NCBI GenBank assembly: GCA_963674825.1
Contig: OY771587.1
Coordinates: 3,584,001-3,648,000 of the forward strand
Reading direction: 5' to 3'
Source of the DNA: Candidatus Cloacimonadales bacterium
GTDB lineage: Bacteria; Cloacimonadota; Cloacimonadia; Cloacimonadales; JAIOQZ01
DNA: 64,000 bases
The notes under the pieces were generated by a model. It did no database searches. It was not told where the DNA came from and saw nothing but the letters and a program-made list of their open reading frames with translations. Below, piece after piece: positions 60,680-64,000 of this stretch. Numbering within the stretch: position 1 is the stretch's first letter; every line of letters begins with the position of its first letter. A program made the position numbers and the translations under genes.

Positions 60680-61820
60680 TATTACTGACAATCAATTTAT
60701 TGGCAACCTGAATATTGACGACAGATTTGCCGATTCGACAGTTGTGTGTAATAATGTGGTGTGCAGACCGGATGAATATTATGAGTTCTTCATGCCGGAC
60801 AATCCAAGTAGTATATTCAACAACACATTCACAGGATACCTGAGTATTTATCCAACCATTGCAACTTGCACGATGTTTAATAATACCTTGCAGACAGGTT
60901 TTTATTGCTGCCTGGCATCTTGCGATCACGAATTCAATGTGATGAATAATATCCTGTGCGCTGGCGATGAAATCATCCCCGCAGGCAGTCCAACAACAAT
61001 ATTTAGCTACAATTTCATGAACCACCCGTTACCTGATTATGTCACCGACGGCGGCGGCAATATCATTGGGGATGATCCGATGTTCGCCGATACGCTGAAC
61101 GGGGACTACAGTCTGGCAGAGGGTAGCCTGTGCATCGATGCCGGTATGCCGGACGGGGATTACCCGCCCACGGACATCCTGGGTAACGTCCGTGTGTGGG
61201 ACGGTGACGGTGACGGAACCGCAACCATCGATATCGGCGCATTCGAGTACGGCGCACCCTTCTGGGGCGGCATCGAGGGGTATGTGTACGAAGAGGACGG
61301 CGAAACTCCGCTCGATATTGCCAAAATAACCGTCGATGGCGTGCAGTTCCCAGAGTGGAGCGACAGCACCGGCTGGTTCCGCATTCTGACCGGGCCCGGC
61401 ACCTTTACGCTCAGCATTGAGCGCATGTACTACGAAGACCAGCAGGTCAGCGGCATCGTGGTGGAGCAGGGCGCGGCAACCTACCGCGAAATCACCTTGC
61501 AGGGCCTCGAAGCAAACGACTACGACAACCTCATCCAGCAATACACCATCACTATGGAGCAGAACTCGCCCAACCCCTTCAATCCCACCACGACGATCTC
61601 GTTCTCGATCCCGAAGGACGACAAGGTCGAGTTGAAGGTGTACAACATCAAAGGGCAGTTGGTAAAAACGCTGGTCAACGACCACCTCGAAGCCGGAACG
61701 CACAAGGCCGTCTGGAATGGCGATAACCAATCCGGCAAGAACGTATCGTCGGGCATCTACCTGTACCGGCTGGAAGCCGGAGGAAGGGCTATGACAAGGA
61801 AGATGCTGCTGCTGAAGTAG
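59727..61820 (+). CDS. Secreted beta-helix/carboxypeptidase-regulatory-like/FlgD-Ig protein, paralogue R
   Basis: Same architecture as 55205-57295. Confidence 0.88.
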   Translation: MKRILLLILLSITLLYALDIAEDTTWGPEDNPYIFDENVNVLEGATLTILPGCEILMKAMPSGASGLFYVTDSGEAHAKIFHVYGKIVAIGTEDEPITFTRNPDTEGFAWGGIFVDDTADTPVFEYCELMGVYRNVFTDGSKTVGGICVRGCDFRIKYCTFTNCKAGITYQNLPCDVMIYGNTFTKTEPGQYATDIYYDAINGYSDWEYSSSPQIIIARNRFIDINRSYDGTYHGGGAVKHWLFNYHFSPEESIDNLNDEITPQRDLWVSNYYGCIFMNRGITSGGGVPDTMSYFRKNYMYYPPIGLPSGVSSSGFNVITDNQFIGNLNIDDRFADSTVVCNNVVCRPDEYYEFFMPDNPSSIFNNTFTGYLSIYPTIATCTMFNNTLQTGFYCCLASCDHEFNVMNNILCAGDEIIPAGSPTTIFSYNFMNHPLPDYVTDGGGNIIGDDPMFADTLNGDYSLAEGSLCIDAGMPDGDYPPTDILGNVRVWDGDGDGTATIDIGAFEYGAPFWGGIEGYVYEEDGETPLDIAKITVDGVQFPEWSDSTGWFRILTGPGTFTLSIERMYYEDQQVSGIVVEQGAATYREITLQGLEANDYDNLIQQYTITMEQNSPNPFNPTTTISFSIPKDDKVELKVYNIKGQLVKTLVNDHLEAGTHKAVWNGDNQSGKNVSSGIYLYRLEAGGRAMTRKMLLLK

Positions 61821-62068
61821 GTTCGGCTATAACAATCACGCTTAAAATATTCTGCAAAGCGCGGAGATTCATCATTACAATCTGATGCCAAATCAATTAG
61901 CCAATTCTGTCGTCTTATCGTTTTTTCTTTTTAAAATTCGGTTTTTGTCTTGCACTATTTCAATTATTTGACAGGGTTGCGTTTCTTAGGAACGAGAATT
62001 GCCTTACATTATCATGAGAAAATAGGATAATAATGCATAGAGAATAAGAAGAGAGAACAGGAGGATCC

Positions 62069-64000
62069 ATGAGACGATTCATCGTCCTGGCGTTATTACT
62101 GACGCCAATGCTTATACTTGCGAATGTCAATCTGAACCTTTCATTTGACCGCCCAGCACTTCGCGGAACCCATTTCGAGAATGTTACCGCGCGAATGATG
62201 GAAGCGGGAAATCCCGAATTACCGTACGAAACCGTCCGCATACTGTTACCATTCGGACACTCCATCGAGTCGGTGGAAGTCAATCTGACCGGTGAACAGA
62301 CCATGTATGATGTAGAAATCGACTATGCTCCGCTGCAGCAGCCGATCTCGATTGCAAATCCGCAGCTCGCATCCAGGAACGAAGCAGTCTATCGCAATGA
62401 CGCCAATTTCCCGGGTTACACTAATAAAAACCTTGGTGTCCAACGCATGAACGGTTACGACATCCTGCTGCTGAACGTCTATCCGTACCAGTACAATCCG
62501 GCGCAAAAGCAGCTTACCTGGTTTACCGATGCCGATATCGAAGTTGTCACCAGCGAAGACAATACACTGCGTGAACAGCAGAACCAATTCCTGGTGCAGT
62601 CAGATAAAGTGCTGGCATCCATTGCGCGTACCGTCAATAATCCGCAGCTTGCCACAACCTATACCAAAATGAACAGCAGACCTCCACGTGAAGTGGAAGG
62701 CCCCTACACGATGATCATCATCACTGACGCACAGCGTCAGCCATACTTCACCGACTTCATGACCTGGAAAGAAGAGCATGGAGTTACCTGCGGCCTCTTC
62801 CTGGTGGAAGACATTTATCCCGAATACGAAGGTATCGATCACGCGGAGCAGGTACGCAACTTCATCATCGACGCCTACACAACCTACGCCGGAACCGACA
62901 CGCCGCTTGAATTCGTGCTGCTTGGCGGTGACGACGAAATCTGCCCTGAACGCGGATGCTACGGACAGGTTGGCGGAACCATCGACAATCGTATCCCTAC
63001 TGACATGTATTTCGGTAACCTCGATGGTGGTTGGAACGATGACGGCGATGAAATTTGGGGCGAACTCGAAGACAACCCCGATCTGATGCCGGAAGTCGCC
63101 ATTGGACGTATGTCTGCCGAGACGGAAACCGAGTTCAACAACATCTTCAACAAGACCTATTACTACACCGATCAGACCACCTACAGCAATGATGTGGCGG
63201 CAATGTTCGGCGAGAACCTCAACACAAATCCCATGACTTGGGGCGGCGACTACAAAGATATGGTGTCACCAATCCTACCGGATGAATTCTATATCGAAAC
63301 CCGTTACGAACGCGACAACACATTCTCAACACAGGAAGTTATTGCTGCAATTAATGACGGTATTGGCATCATCAACCACATGGGGCACTCAAGCCAAACC
63401 TACAACATGGGGCTTTACAACAGCAACCTCTCTTCTCTGACCAACACCGAATACGGCATGGCATATTCCCAGGGTTGCTACCCGGCTGCATTCGATCAAC
63501 GCACCAGCCAGGATGGCGAATGTATCGCCGAAAACATCACCAACATGGAGCATGGCTTGTTCGCATATGTCGGTAACACCCGCTACGGCTGGTATGCACC
63601 CGGCAGCGTTTGGGGTGCTTCGGAATACTATGATATCAGCTTCTTCGAAGGTCTGTTCAATGAGAACATCCGGGCAATCGGTGAAGCGCTGAACTACTCC
63701 AAGGTCGATCTGATTAATGAGGCTGCCGGTGGTAGCGTTATGCTGTGGATCTACTACGAAATGATCGTTGTTGGCGATCCCAGCGTACAGATCAAGGATG
63801 CGACCGGCCTCTTCCCATATGTTACGGTAGAAGGCGCGTCTATCGAGGAAATCGAAGGCGATGGCGATGGTTATATCAATCCAGGCGAAACCGTTTGGAT
63901 CTACGTCGAACTTGCCAACCACGAAGGTTGGGCAGACGCACAGCAGGTTGTAGCAACTATCAGCTTCGAAGATGAATCGATAATCGTCGATAATGGAACA
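62069..64000 (+). CDS. C25-family (gingipain-like) cysteine peptidase, 3'-partial; absent from the ORF track
   Basis: AGGAGG RBS, MRRFIVLALLL signal, propeptide GNPELPY..RILLP, FVLLGGD, PTDMYF, EVAIGR, catalytic NHMGHS and SQGC; runs off the window end. Confidence 0.9.
   Translation, partial: MRRFIVLALLLTPMLILANVNLNLSFDRPALRGTHFENVTARMMEAGNPELPYETVRILLPFGHSIESVEVNLTGEQTMYDVEIDYAPLQQPISIANPQLASRNEAVYRNDANFPGYTNKNLGVQRMNGYDILLLNVYPYQYNPAQKQLTWFTDADIEVVTSEDNTLREQQNQFLVQSDKVLASIARTVNNPQLATTYTKMNSRPPREVEGPYTMIIITDAQRQPYFTDFMTWKEEHGVTCGLFLVEDIYPEYEGIDHAEQVRNFIIDAYTTYAGTDTPLEFVLLGGDDEICPERGCYGQVGGTIDNRIPTDMYFGNLDGGWNDDGDEIWGELEDNPDLMPEVAIGRMSAETETEFNNIFNKTYYYTDQTTYSNDVAAMFGENLNTNPMTWGGDYKDMVSPILPDEFYIETRYERDNTFSTQEVIAAINDGIGIINHMGHSSQTYNMGLYNSNLSSLTNTEYGMAYSQGCYPAAFDQRTSQDGECIAENITNMEHGLFAYVGNTRYGWYAPGSVWGASEYYDISFFEGLFNENIRAIGEALNYSKVDLINEAAGGSVMLWIYYEMIVVGDPSVQIKDATGLFPYVTVEGASIEEIEGDGDGYINPGETVWIYVELANHEGWADAQQVVATISFEDESIIVDNGT

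Overview
Bacterial chromosomal window, probably from a Cloacimonadota or related FCB lineage. This is inferred from ten secreted proteins ending in an NPFNP...YNI(K/R)GQ...K(M/V)xxxK FlgD-Ig/T9SS-type sorting domain. The left part (1-14.5 kb) holds an MCP 3' end, a Na/Pi symporter, phnDCE plus a HAD phosphatase, a mosaic tandem array of four FG-GAP secreted proteins (1690-bp period) and a Maf/CgeB-type glycosyltransferase. A tRNA-Arg(CCT) gene at 14692-14768 is an integration hotspot with stacked, immobilised islands out to about 48.7 kb. The 3' end of the tRNA recurs at 39732 and 48380, a right att arm recurs at 22932 and 39586, and two broken integrases remain. Island A (14.7-23.1 kb) is a decaying defence island: Dsr1-like sirtuin pseudogene, truncated Mod methylase, DUF6119-like protein and SNF2 helicase. 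Island B (23.1-39.8 kb) is the most striking feature. It is a 16-kb tightly coupled operon behind a textbook sigma-54 promoter. It encodes a stand-alone receiver, a LIV-type ABC importer, a HemK-like methyltransferase, a giant atypical histidine-kinase-like protein with a pseudo-receiver, unknown proteins, its own sigma-54 activator, an expanded receiver protein and a membrane protein. Island C carries two large secreted proteins. The right part holds a secreted transglutaminase-like protein, Fe-ADH, an ABM protein, oligopeptidase B and a pentapeptide-repeat protein. It also has two divergent paralogues sharing about 1 kb of near-identical 5' sequence around a 2.3-kb potentially invertible segment, and the start of a C25 gingipain-like peptidase. 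All family assignments come from motif recognition by eye; no searches were run.
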